A stretch of 64,000 bases of DNA, from positions 32,001-96,000 of IMG/VR virus record IMGVR_UViG_3300033148_004740; one strand, given 5' to 3'. Positions 9,364 through 18,699 of this stretch are shown piece after piece. This stretch comes from a virus. The notes under the pieces were generated by a model. It was not told the origin of the DNA. It made no database searches and was given only the letters and a program-made list of their open reading frames with translations. A program made the position numbers and the translations under genes. How positions within the stretch are numbered: position 1 is the first letter of the stretch; every line of letters starts with the position of its first letter.

Positions 9364-10356
9364 CTACTTCCTTCCAATTAGTGCTAACAGTTTCTGGCAA
9401 AACACATCATAGCTATGAAAAGTTTGAACATACTTTTGACCTGTACAAGTAGTATCTTTGTAGAACTTCTCATTAGAGAACAATCTTTTCATTAGCTGTA
9501 CAGCCTCACTGCCTGAGCGATAGGTAGGATAAGCTGGGCAGTTGTCCAACGGTCCCCCTTTTGGACTTAGTATAGGAACACCTGCAGCTAGACTCTCTAG
9601 AGGAGAGCCCCCGAAGGCTCCTAGGACAGGCAGGATTATGCTTAGCTTACTGCTCCGTACATGGTTCATGAACTCGTCCCTCGAGCAGCGTGGCAATATC
9701 TCGATTCGGTCCGCAGGAAAGGCACCAAAGGAGTGGTTCCTAATCTGTTCTGGGACCTTAGGATAGTGCTGCTTTTCATAGCCGGTAAGAACAGTCAACA
9801 TTAGATCCTTATCTGTCCTCATCATTTTTAGAATCTCTGTGGCTATAGGACCCTTGAGATCTTGTCTCCCACTCTGTCCATCCCTGGATGTCCATACAAT
9901 CTTCTTCCTATCGAACCCCATTGGAGGAAGGAACTCTTTGGCCGCTGGGAAAGGAAGGTCACGCATGCGGTTACCAAAATGTTTCTGAAGCCCACCGTGT
10001 CTAATCCCAGATGGATATGGATGAGTTGCTACCCAGTTCATACTAGGAGGGTTAAACTTTGATGGACGTTCCCAGTATGTAAGCACAGAGAGCTTTACCC
10101 TTGGAGGGATAGGCTGGGGAACACCAGGGTTCTCGTATGAAAGAAAGATATGATAGAGCTTGTTAGGATCAATTCCATACACAACTCCATCCAAAGAAAC
10201 CTCTGTATTCTTCCAGGGGCGGTGAGAGGTTGGCTCTATATCGGGATGCAGAGCCATAGCCTCGAGAGCATTCAAGGTGTATCGAGCTTCACCTCGAGCT
10301 CCAGAGTCATATCCCTTAGGTGTCTCACAAAAGAGACGCACCGCTACGTTAATCAT
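9364..10356 (-). CDS. Glycosyltransferase, GT4-like (GT-B fold)
   Basis: C-terminal FGGSPLESLAAGVPIL motif typical of GT4/GT-B enzymes. Confidence 0.7.
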   Translation of the reverse strand: MINVAVRLFCETPKGYDSGARGEARYTLNALEAMALHPDIEPTSHRPWKNTEVSLDGVVYGIDPNKLYHIFLSYENPGVPQPIPPRVKLSVLTYWERPSKFNPPSMNWVATHPYPSGIRHGGLQKHFGNRMRDLPFPAAKEFLPPMGFDRKKIVWTSRDGQSGRQDLKGPIATEILKMMRTDKDLMLTVLTGYEKQHYPKVPEQIRNHSFGAFPADRIEILPRCSRDEFMNHVRSSKLSIILPVLGAFGGSPLESLAAGVPILSPKGGPLDNCPAYPTYRSGSEAVQLMKRLFSNEKFYKDTTCTGQKYVQTFHSYDVFCQKLLALIGRK

Positions 10357-11009
10357 ATCTTAGTCACCTGAAAGATTATCTGTTCACTGACCCTAGAGAC
10401 TTCCTGAAACTCTATTTGTTCTGTCTTGACGAACTCTTCCCAAGCTCTCTCTTCTCCTCTTCCCCATTCATCAAATGCAATAAAGGTCCCTGCAACAATA
10501 AGACTGCGACACCAACCTAAAACAGTCACAGCAGAAGAGTAGAGATCACTATCAACATGGATAAGAGCTGCCTGGTTGCCAGGAAAACCTAACTTTGTCT
10601 TGAGTTCATCGTTACAGACATCACTATAGAAGCCTGGGACCAGCTCTACATTAGAGAGGCCATCAATAGCTTTTTGGGATATAGCAATTGGGTAAGAGAA
10701 CCAGCCTTTCCTCCACACAGAACCAGGTTTTCCTTTGATTGGCTCATCATGAGGAAGGCCCTGGAAAGAATCAAAGCCATAGAACTTGTTAGGCATCTCC
10801 AGCTCTTCAGCTAGGGCTGTCATATTTGCTAACGTGTAGCCTGAACCAACGCCAAACTCGAGAACTAAGCCAGTCTTTTTCTCTGTTTTTAGACGAAAAA
10901 TAATAGCTAGCAAACCTTTTAATCGAGCTTCTGTAGAAGAGCCGTGAGCCTGTGTCCATCCACGTCTTTCTTTCTGTGCTTGTGCAAGCGTCATTGACTT
11001 GTTCGTCAT
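10353..11009 (-). CDS. TylF/MycF/NovP-family sugar O-methyltransferase
   Basis: LEFGVGSG, FDSFQGLP, IHVDSDLYSSA and IAFDEW are TylF-family motifs; start at ATG 11009 behind GAGGAG. Confidence 0.85.
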   Translation of the reverse strand: MTNKSMTLAQAQKERRGWTQAHGSSTEARLKGLLAIIFRLKTEKKTGLVLEFGVGSGYTLANMTALAEELEMPNKFYGFDSFQGLPHDEPIKGKPGSVWRKGWFSYPIAISQKAIDGLSNVELVPGFYSDVCNDELKTKLGFPGNQAALIHVDSDLYSSAVTVLGWCRSLIVAGTFIAFDEWGRGEERAWEEFVKTEQIEFQEVSRVSEQIIFQVTKI

Positions 11010-11010
11010 C

Positions 11011-11463
11011 CTATTTCTCCTCAATACCCCACTCATATCCCCAAGGGTTCTCGTGTGGATTTACTCTGTCCTCATCTGGCTTCTCTCTATTGAACACATG
11101 TGAGGAAATATTGACAACTAGAGCAGGCTCCTCAGAGATACACATCCAACCATGCCAGATACCTGGTGGGATAACGATCATCTTGGGAGCCATGGGAGAC
11201 AGGTGATGTTCCTCAACCTCTCCTTCTGTTGCTCCAAAGGCGTTTGCCTCTTGGATAAGGACCAGCTTAATCTGTCCCTGTACACAGACAATGTGATCAG
11301 TCTGTATCTGATGCTGATGGAATCCCTTGACTACATCAGGATAGGTAGCAGAGAGATAGACCTGGCCGAACCGTTGGAAGAAAGGATCATCGGCGCGCAG
11401 CATCTCATAGAGATAACCTCTATCGTCTAGATGTGTTGTCAGTGTCTTGACTGTTGCTATCAT
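11011..11463 (-). CDS. rmlC: dTDP-4-dehydrorhamnose 3,5-epimerase-like cupin
   Basis: DDRGYL, VVKGFHQH and IPPGIWHGW motifs of RmlC-type epimerases. Confidence 0.85.
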   Translation of the reverse strand: MIATVKTLTTHLDDRGYLYEMLRADDPFFQRFGQVYLSATYPDVVKGFHQHQIQTDHIVCVQGQIKLVLIQEANAFGATEGEVEEHHLSPMAPKMIVIPPGIWHGWMCISEEPALVVNISSHVFNREKPDEDRVNPHENPWGYEWGIEEK

Positions 11464-11839
11464 AAAGTTTCCTTTCTCTTTCGATATATTCCTTGTGTTG
11501 TATCTCTACGAACTCGGTGATCTCATCCCAATCATTCCTGAAAGGAATGGCCTTATCGTCAATATACCATACAGCTACAGGCTTATTCGAATCTGATATC
11601 TCGTCGTATGGGATCTTGCCCTTATCGAGTATATCCTTCATATTTTTCACATGTTTGGCTGAATCCTCAAAAAATTTATCATTGCTACGGCAAGAGAAGA
11701 TAACTATCTTGAACCCTAGCTCCTGAAACCTCGTGAGAGCGTCACGAACTCCAGGCTTAAGGCTTGTTTCCCTAAGCTGTGGGTCATGCTCAACAATGGT
11801 TCCATCAAAGTCTACACAAATTGTTGCCTTAAACGTCAT
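11420..11839 (-). CDS. HAD-superfamily phosphatase (capsule-biosynthesis phosphatase type)
   Basis: CVDFDGTI (DxD motif I), IFSCR, KP and YIDDKA motifs. Confidence 0.8.
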   Translation of the reverse strand: MTFKATICVDFDGTIVEHDPQLRETSLKPGVRDALTRFQELGFKIVIFSCRSNDKFFEDSAKHVKNMKDILDKGKIPYDEISDSNKPVAVWYIDDKAIPFRNDWDEITEFVEIQHKEYIERERKLYDSNSQDTDNTSRR

Positions 11840-12764
11840 AGAAGAACTCCCTATCTGCTCTAGTCATGTAGAGCTCCTTGCCTTTTTGGAGAGGAGTCAC
11901 CTTCTCCCCATTGAGTATCTGAGAAATCCAGAGAGGATAGTTAGCCCCAGCTTGTATACTCAGAGGAGCTCCTCCTCCAAACCTATCGTTTATCTCGGTG
12001 AAAAACCAGGGACCACCAAATGGACGAATAGCCTGGATACAGACACAACCAACAAAGTCCATGTTTGGAAGAATAGACTTCTCAAGTAAGCGCATTAGCC
12101 CTTCTGGATAGCAGCTCCTGCCTCTTTGGACTTCTCCGCCTCTTACTTCAAGACGAAGACGAGGAACAATAGAACAGACTTTTTCGTGCTGATCCTTGAA
12201 GCAGTCTATGGTGTACTCATCTCCATCTACAAAGTGAGTAAGAGCGAAAGAGGATACATGTCCCTTGTGATTTGCCAAGAACGCGGCTTTTTCTACATCA
12301 TTCATCAGAAAATGTATCCCTCGTGAGCCATAACCATCTAGTGGTCTGGCTACAACCATCTCTTCGCTCCAAACATCTGGTAACATTCGAGGACTATTAA
12401 CTCCACAGTATGAGAAGAACTTTTCTGTCTGTCTCTTATCTCGAGCATAGTAGTTCAACTGTTTGCTTGTACACAATAGCCTAGTCCTTAGCTCATCAAG
12501 ATGATCAACAAGCAGATCAGTAGCAGGGTCCATCAGAGAGATGATGCCATCAACCTTATGTGCAGTGACTATTCTCTTGATCTCTTTCAAAAACTCTTCC
12601 TGATAAATCCACTCAGGAACACAATAGAAGTGATCTGCTACTGTCTGTGAAGGGACAGATGGTGCACTATCGACACAGATCGCACGTGAGTATTCCTTGA
12701 ATGCCTCTATCAGGCTTACTCGTCTACCACTAGCCACGAACAGAAGATTAGGTCTTGGGCTCAT
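11829..12764 (-). CDS. ATP-grasp ligase
   Basis: GRRVSLI N-terminus, RPLDGYGSRG, EYTIDCF and FTEINDRFGGG motifs. Confidence 0.85.
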   Translation of the reverse strand: MSPRPNLLFVASGRRVSLIEAFKEYSRAICVDSAPSVPSQTVADHFYCVPEWIYQEEFLKEIKRIVTAHKVDGIISLMDPATDLLVDHLDELRTRLLCTSKQLNYYARDKRQTEKFFSYCGVNSPRMLPDVWSEEMVVARPLDGYGSRGIHFLMNDVEKAAFLANHKGHVSSFALTHFVDGDEYTIDCFKDQHEKVCSIVPRLRLEVRGGEVQRGRSCYPEGLMRLLEKSILPNMDFVGCVCIQAIRPFGGPWFFTEINDRFGGGAPLSIQAGANYPLWISQILNGEKVTPLQKGKELYMTRADREFFYDV

Positions 12765-13866
12765 AATACTCCTTTATGGCATCAATAACTTCGAGCTGTT
12801 GTTCAGAGGTAACCTTTGTGAAGAAAGGAAGAGACAGACAATTGTCAGCCATCTTCTTGCTTTGCCAGACCCTTGGTTCAAGTTCGGAATGTGCCCACCA
12901 ACTCTTGTTGTCCATGAGATAGCGAACTGTTGGTTGATAGTAGATTCTTGTTTGAATTCCTCTGCTATCAAGAAACCTCTTAAGACTATTTCTGTTATGA
13001 CAGCAGACTGTATAGTCTTTGTAAGAAGAGCGAACCTCTCCTCGAACTGGAACTGGGACTATAAGATCCTGATCTTTAAATGCTTCATCATAGAGAGCAG
13101 CAGAAGCCTGTCTTTTTCTCATATTTGCCTCGAGGAAGGTGAGGCCATGATAAGCCATGATCGAGTTGATCTCCTGTATACGACCGTTTAGACTCTTGCA
13201 CTCTACGTCGAGCTCACCAAGGCGATGACCATGCATAGCTGCCTTGGTCATCACATTGGCTAAATGATCATCGCCACATGTCAAGAGGCCCCCTTCCCCA
13301 GCAGACAATGGCTTTGTTGTTCCTAGAGAAAAGACTTCAGCAAGGCCATTGCCTCCCAAAGTATCTCCCTTGTACAAAGATCCAAAACCATGAGCTGTAT
13401 CGAAGATAAGGATGACACGATATTTGTATGACAGTTCCTCAAGGGCTTCGATATCTGCCGGCTGCCCAAACATGTGGACAGCAAAGATACAGCCAATTCC
13501 AGGAATAGTCTTCAGGTATTTTTCAACTCTCATAGGATCAAGGAGACCGCGACAATCGACATCAACAGGAACACTCCACATTCCGTTCCAGTCTACCGCC
13601 TGCCACGTAGAGGCAAAAGTAAAATCTGGGATGATTACCTTGTCTTTACCTGTAAGATCTTTAATGTACCCGACCAGGCACATCATGGCATCGGAGCAAC
13701 TAGAGAAAGGGATTGCATGTTTGACTCCGAGATAGTTAGCCGCAGCCGATGCAAATCTCTCTGTGAACTTACCTGGGGCAAGCATCCCTGATTGATAGGC
13801 TTCTCTGAAATCTTTCTCTACTAGCTCATATGGAGGAAGGCTAGGTTTGTAGAAGGGGACCGTCAT
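12748..13866 (-). CDS. DegT/DnrJ/EryC1/StrS PLP-dependent sugar aminotransferase
   Basis: AVHMFG, FDTAHGFG and SLGTTKPLSAGEGG (PLP lysine) motifs. Confidence 0.92.
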   Translation of the reverse strand: MTVPFYKPSLPPYELVEKDFREAYQSGMLAPGKFTERFASAAANYLGVKHAIPFSSCSDAMMCLVGYIKDLTGKDKVIIPDFTFASTWQAVDWNGMWSVPVDVDCRGLLDPMRVEKYLKTIPGIGCIFAVHMFGQPADIEALEELSYKYRVILIFDTAHGFGSLYKGDTLGGNGLAEVFSLGTTKPLSAGEGGLLTCGDDHLANVMTKAAMHGHRLGELDVECKSLNGRIQEINSIMAYHGLTFLEANMRKRQASAALYDEAFKDQDLIVPVPVRGEVRSSYKDYTVCCHNRNSLKRFLDSRGIQTRIYYQPTVRYLMDNKSWWAHSELEPRVWQSKKMADNCLSLPFFTKVTSEQQLEVIDAIKEYYEPKT

Positions 13867-14734
13867 AGTTCTTCCAATCTAACGGGCATGCTATCCCGTT
13901 GTGTGCATAGTCTCTCTCGTTGATGACGCGAACCTCAAAGACCGCGCCAAGACCATCTACCTCTATAGTATCTACCACTTTCCACTGCTCTCTGTCTATC
14001 AAGTTCAGCGTAAAACTTCCCTGTTCTCGAGCGAGACCCATGCCAACCATGGACTCTCCAACTACCATATACTTGTCTGTAGCAGCTAGCCCTCGAGTCC
14101 AGCGCTGTAGGGGAATCTCTCTACTGATCGCTCCTGCTCCTGCTATCGTGTACTCGAGAAGTCTTGTGTTGTGGGAGTCACAGATGTAGATCAGATCATC
14201 ATTTACCCAAACATTATGGACGTCTCCACCAATCCTCCACTTCTTTTTGACCATGGTCAGATCAGGATCCATGACAATAATGGCACTAAGGTTCTTGGTA
14301 TAGGAAGTAAGGTTGTGGCAGATTAGATAGACCTTATCTAGGTGTTGAGGATCTACCCAGATAGAGTTCACATGGATAGTATCCCCGTCCTTACCCGTCC
14401 AGTTTCTGATGGTACAATCCCCATTCTCCCAGATAGCTACCTCGTCAATACCAGTAGAGGTGATGTACAGTCGCTGGCCTGTGTGAAAGATCTGGTGGAT
14501 CTCGTTATAGGCACCAGGAAGTATCCCTAGATCTTTTCCCTGAGGAGAGAACATGTGAACCATCCCTCCACCACCATAGCGGACACCCACATAGATCTGA
14601 TCATAGTCCCAGGTGATACCATAGAAAGGACCGTCCTCTTCTGCCAAGGGATACAACTTTCTGTCTCTCATCAACAGAAGCTTCTTGTGTGTCCCTATCA
14701 AGAGGTCAGGCCACTTTACTTGGCTGGGTTCCAT
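13841..14734 (-). CDS. Beta-propeller-like hypothetical protein
   Basis: Repeated short beta-strand units (YGIT, HQI, HVNSI, HNV, TRGLA); start re-called at ATG 14734 behind AAGGAG. Confidence 0.5.
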   Translation of the reverse strand: MEPSQVKWPDLLIGTHKKLLLMRDRKLYPLAEEDGPFYGITWDYDQIYVGVRYGGGGMVHMFSPQGKDLGILPGAYNEIHQIFHTGQRLYITSTGIDEVAIWENGDCTIRNWTGKDGDTIHVNSIWVDPQHLDKVYLICHNLTSYTKNLSAIIVMDPDLTMVKKKWRIGGDVHNVWVNDDLIYICDSHNTRLLEYTIAGAGAISREIPLQRWTRGLAATDKYMVVGESMVGMGLAREQGSFTLNLIDREQWKVVDTIEVDGLGAVFEVRVINERDYAHNGIACPLDWKNYDGPLLQT

Positions 14735-15702
14735 GTCGAGCCAGTCTCCTTCCACCACTTGGTGTACCACTCGATAGCTTCATCTAGTCCTTCACTGAGG
14801 TCATACTTCCAATCCCATCCAAGAGCCTTTAGCTTACTTGGATTCAGTGACTGGTCATTGATTTCAAAGAGGTCTCTGTCTACCATTTGGATAGGAAGGT
14901 TCTCGTTGATCTTCATACACATCATGTTCATGATGTCACCAATCTTGTGCATCAAGCCATGACCAATGTTGTATGCTTCACCAGGAACCCCTTTCTCCAT
15001 GAGGACCATGTAGGCACTGATTGCATCCGAGACATGAATGAACTCTCTCTGCATCATCGCTGCATCAGTATAGAGGACAGGGGATGTCCCATTGAGGAGA
15101 CGAAGGATGGTTCCGGGAACAAGGCGGGAGAGGTTAAGGTCTCCTGCGCCATACAGGTTACCACAGCGAACAGTACAGATGGGGAGGCCATATGTCTTAG
15201 CATAGGACCGAGCGATCATATCTCCAGCAGCCTTAGAGGTACAGTAAGTATCGGTAACCTCGAATGGTGTGTCCTCTTCATAGCCACCCTCAGGAGAGCT
15301 ATCTCCATAGGCCTTGTCTGTCGACATATGGATAACTTTCTTGAGTCTCTTGTGCTTCTTCTCTTGGTCTCTTAGGGCCTCGAAGAGATTGACACTGCCC
15401 ATCACGTTGACATTGTATGCTGTCCACGGGTCAGCATCACATGTCTTGACGATAGGGATAGCGGCGAGGTGGACAACATAGTCAAGCTCATACTTGCTGA
15501 CTACGTCACGGATAAGGTCACGGTCCATGATGTCTCCACGGATCTCTGCTCCCTTCTTGTGGACCTCGTCTAGGAGATCCTTGTCTGTCTTCCTATTGTA
15601 GTCACGTACTAGAGCAATAGGAACATGTCCATCGTCCAGTAGTCTTCTCAATAGGCGCCGACCTACAAAACCGTTAGCCCCGGTAATTAGTACATTTGCC
15701 AT
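14716..15702 (-). CDS. NDP-sugar 4,6-dehydratase / extended SDR epimerase
   Basis: ITGANGFVG Rossmann motif, HLAA, STDKAYG, YCTSK (YxxxK) and NLYGAGD. Confidence 0.9.
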   Translation of the reverse strand: MANVLITGANGFVGRRLLRRLLDDGHVPIALVRDYNRKTDKDLLDEVHKKGAEIRGDIMDRDLIRDVVSKYELDYVVHLAAIPIVKTCDADPWTAYNVNVMGSVNLFEALRDQEKKHKRLKKVIHMSTDKAYGDSSPEGGYEEDTPFEVTDTYCTSKAAGDMIARSYAKTYGLPICTVRCGNLYGAGDLNLSRLVPGTILRLLNGTSPVLYTDAAMMQREFIHVSDAISAYMVLMEKGVPGEAYNIGHGLMHKIGDIMNMMCMKINENLPIQMVDRDLFEINDQSLNPSKLKALGWDWKYDLSEGLDEAIEWYTKWWKETGSTWNPAK

Positions 15703-16414
15703 AAAATTCCTCGATTCCGTGAGGGTGAGTTCCAGTATATCCTACTAGGGTGTCAGCCTCATCGTATTTAAATGGAGCAAAGTTTGCTACCTCATCTTCT
15801 GGATGGAACATATGATCTAGATTTCGAATCCTTGCCGTAACGTCTTCTTCCTGTCCCATGCGGGAGTAATGATAGATCCAATAAGGAGCACGCTGCACGC
15901 CTCCAGATCGTCTCACCAGGTACATCCCGTCTCCACCCACGACATGTGTTCCAGGTCTAAAGATTCTGCCTAGCCAGGTCTCGTGGGCAGGTGCTCTTCT
16001 CTTTAGGTTCTTCCAGAAGTAGGTACGATAGAGCTCTACCTGAGAGACGTTAGCAGGCAGCTGCCCCAAATATTCCTTGAGAAAATAGAAGTCTTTCTCA
16101 TGTATCATCTCATCTGCTTGCATATAGACTATCCAATCTGTCTTCTTGCTCACTAGGGGAAGAATCTTGTTAGCCTGAGTAGCAAGCTCTTCTCCCATAG
16201 TGATTCCCATGTCCCATGTACTGTGAAGTACAGAGACCGCAGTGTTCTTCATACGCTCATGAAGCCAATGAATCTTCTCCAAAGTCCTGTCCTCTGAGGC
16301 AGGGTCACAGTTCACAATCACATGGTCGCACAACTTAGCCAGGCTATAGATACATTGACGCCAGGGATACTTAAGCTTGTCCCCGTTGCGAACCAATGTG
16401 ACGCCTGTTAGCAC
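15674..16414 (-). CDS. Glycosyltransferase, GT2-like
   Basis: SEDRT, MQADE (DE motif), IYHYS. Confidence 0.7.
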   Translation of the reverse strand: MLTGVTLVRNGDKLKYPWRQCIYSLAKLCDHVIVNCDPASEDRTLEKIHWLHERMKNTAVSVLHSTWDMGITMGEELATQANKILPLVSKKTDWIVYMQADEMIHEKDFYFLKEYLGQLPANVSQVELYRTYFWKNLKRRAPAHETWLGRIFRPGTHVVGGDGMYLVRRSGGVQRAPYWIYHYSRMGQEEDVTARIRNLDHMFHPEDEVANFAPFKYDEADTLVGYTGTHPHGIEEFYGKCTNYRG

Positions 16415-17016
16415 TCCTTGCCTCCCTCTATAGTGACACCAGCTTCCTTAGCGAGCCTGGCATATAGTGCCTGGCGAGTAGCAAGCTTCTCGAATGACTT
16501 GAAGACATCATGATAATGATGGATGATAGCGCCTTCCTGTACTCGAGTAACCTCTCCTCCATGAAAATACTCATGGAGCTCACGCTGCCAAACAAAGTCT
16601 AGGCGATTCTGAAAGAACCTAACCTGTAGATCTGGGTATGCGTCTACCTCAGTCTGCTTCTTTCTCTCGATATCTAGCCACCTCATGCGAGGGAAAGAGT
16701 AGGCTTCCTTGTTCTCTCGCATAAGAGCAACCATTCTCTGTTGGGTAGACTCGAGACCCTCATCAGCATCAATCATCAGGACCCAGGGAGACCTTGCTAG
16801 ATGAGCTGTCAGCGTCCTCATGGAGGCGAAGTCTGTGAGCCCGGCTCGGTAGACTCTGGCCCCAAGACTCTTTGCTAAGGCTACTGTGTCATCTGTAGAC
16901 CCAGCATCAACAACAACCCATTCTTGGAGAAGGGGACCCAGGGAATGCATAACCGAGTTGTACATATGCTCCAGACAGTTCTCTTCGTCCTTAACGAACG
17001 TACATAGACTGATCAT
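16408..17016 (-). CDS. Glycosyltransferase, GT2-like
   Basis: VVVDAGSTDDT, DFASMR, IDADE, RFF, RELHE and IHHY motifs. Confidence 0.88.
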   Translation of the reverse strand: MISLCTFVKDEENCLEHMYNSVMHSLGPLLQEWVVVDAGSTDDTVALAKSLGARVYRAGLTDFASMRTLTAHLARSPWVLMIDADEGLESTQQRMVALMRENKEAYSFPRMRWLDIERKKQTEVDAYPDLQVRFFQNRLDFVWQRELHEYFHGGEVTRVQEGAIIHHYHDVFKSFEKLATRQALYARLAKEAGVTIEGGKEC

Positions 17017-17579
17017 TATTTCTTCGCCACTACAGTAATGTTATGAGAGTCGTCCTCGGTAACTACCTGGACAATCTCTCGGCAGCCACAGCCCAGCACA
17101 AGGCCTTCTAGCAAACCTGCAGTGAACCCAGCCATATGATAGTTGAGACCATAGTCCTGTCCTCCATAGAGGAGCCTTGATGCCTCGAAGGCTGGAAGCT
17201 CTTTGTCCAACAGAGCCTTAGCTATCTTTGCCATGTCAGGGACACGTACAATGAACTCTCCCTCCGGCTTCAATAGCCGGATCCACTCACTGAGAACCTT
17301 CTTGGTATGATGATAAGAGAAGTGCTCGAGTACATCATAAGCTAAGATCTGCTCAGCTACATTGCTAGGAAAGAACGGCATGTTACGAACATCTGCTCGC
17401 AGAGTTAATCCATCCCATGGAACAAGATCAATGTTGACATAACCCTCTCTAATGTCTTCTCCACATCCTAGATTGAGCTTAGGGTTCTCCTTGTAGAAGT
17501 CCATCAAGCCCTCGAAGCTATCCTGTGGAATAGGTTGCTCGGTAAAATCAAACAATACTTCTGGTTCTTCTTCAGACAT
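17016..17579 (-). CDS. SAM-dependent methyltransferase (Methyltransf_11-like)
   Basis: KLNLGCG, GYVNID, DVLEH and LLKPEG motifs. Confidence 0.88.
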   Translation of the reverse strand: MSEEEPEVLFDFTEQPIPQDSFEGLMDFYKENPKLNLGCGEDIREGYVNIDLVPWDGLTLRADVRNMPFFPSNVAEQILAYDVLEHFSYHHTKKVLSEWIRLLKPEGEFIVRVPDMAKIAKALLDKELPAFEASRLLYGGQDYGLNYHMAGFTAGLLEGLVLGCGCREIVQVVTEDDSHNITVVAKK

Positions 17580-17580
17580 G

Positions 17581-18699
17581 TTACACCTTTATTCCTTCCA
17601 ATCTGGCTTTCATTGCTTCGCCGATCTTCTTCCAAGAGAAATTCTGTTCGACAAAAGCTTTTCCTAATGACCCAGCAGCCCATGCTGCGCCCTGGTTCTC
17701 GAATACAAACCTCATCTGTTTACGTGCGTCTAATAGACTTGGCTCAGCCCAGGTCATTTCTCCCGTATACATTGGCCAAGGCATTCCCCAGACAGGGGCC
17801 TTGGTATACTTGACTGGGTAAGCCTGTCCTACTTGAATGAATTCATCGCTCCCGCTATACCCAGTAGCTATAACTGGATTTGCCTCTGCCATTGCCTCTA
17901 CCATAGGAATACCAAATCCCTCACATTTATGCAAAGAGACATAACAGTCTCCCTGGATATGCAGGCAGCGGATCTGTCCTCTTGAGAGAAGGCTAGAGAT
18001 GAGCAGAATCTTTGGGAAGCTAGGAAGATGTAGACTATCTTTGATCTGTTTTACCTGTCTTCGGATGACAGCTATATCTTCTTCCATACCTGGATTCAAG
18101 CAATAGCTTTTCATGACCAGGCGGACCTTCTCCTCTGCTTTGAACTCTGTCAAGAATGCTCTCAGAAGAGCAGCAGGATTCTTCCTCTCTAGCCACTGGA
18201 AGATAGAATAGAAGGTAAACTCTCCTTCTTCAGCAGGTTCAAGCACGGGATTTTTTGATACCTCTTCCTCTTGGTTGAAGTTGAAAGTATGAGGGAAACA
18301 GTGGATAGGAATTGTGATACCAGAATCCTTGAACACCTTCACATTGTACTGACTAGGGACCCAGACTTCATCCAGGGTGTTGATCTTAGTAACCCAGTCC
18401 CGTGGGAGCTGATCCGTTTCCCACGCAGCATAGCCAATATTGTATCTGCCAGGCTTTACCAACTGTGAGTAGTTAGGAGGGGTAGCATGGAGAATGAAGA
18501 TCTTGTCACCAATGCGAGCCTTCTGGAGCTTAGTGATGAGTTTTCCCATCTCTCCAAGAGCTGGTCTCTTTTGTTCAAAACTAATGGGAGCCACGTTCAG
18601 GTCTACTCCTGCTAGGTACAGTGCTGCGATGTTGTTCCTTGCCGCTTCTGCATAGCCAGACCCATCTAGACAGGCTCCTACGTATGTTACTTGTACCAT
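17581..18699 (-). CDS. Glycosyltransferase, GT4
   Basis: SGYAEAAR, WETD, ERKN and EGFGIPMVEAMA motifs. Confidence 0.9.
   Translation of the reverse strand: MVQVTYVGACLDGSGYAEAARNNIAALYLAGVDLNVAPISFEQKRPALGEMGKLITKLQKARIGDKIFILHATPPNYSQLVKPGRYNIGYAAWETDQLPRDWVTKINTLDEVWVPSQYNVKVFKDSGITIPIHCFPHTFNFNQEEEVSKNPVLEPAEEGEFTFYSIFQWLERKNPAALLRAFLTEFKAEEKVRLVMKSYCLNPGMEEDIAVIRRQVKQIKDSLHLPSFPKILLISSLLSRGQIRCLHIQGDCYVSLHKCEGFGIPMVEAMAEANPVIATGYSGSDEFIQVGQAYPVKYTKAPVWGMPWPMYTGEMTWAEPSLLDARKQMRFVFENQGAAWAAGSLGKAFVEQNFSWKKIGEAMKARLEGIKV

Noticed and set aside
11795-11815. DFDG string in the 139-aa protein resembling the RNAP DFDGD motif
   Set aside because: It is DFDGT at the N-terminus with a downstream DDK, i.e. 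HAD motif I.
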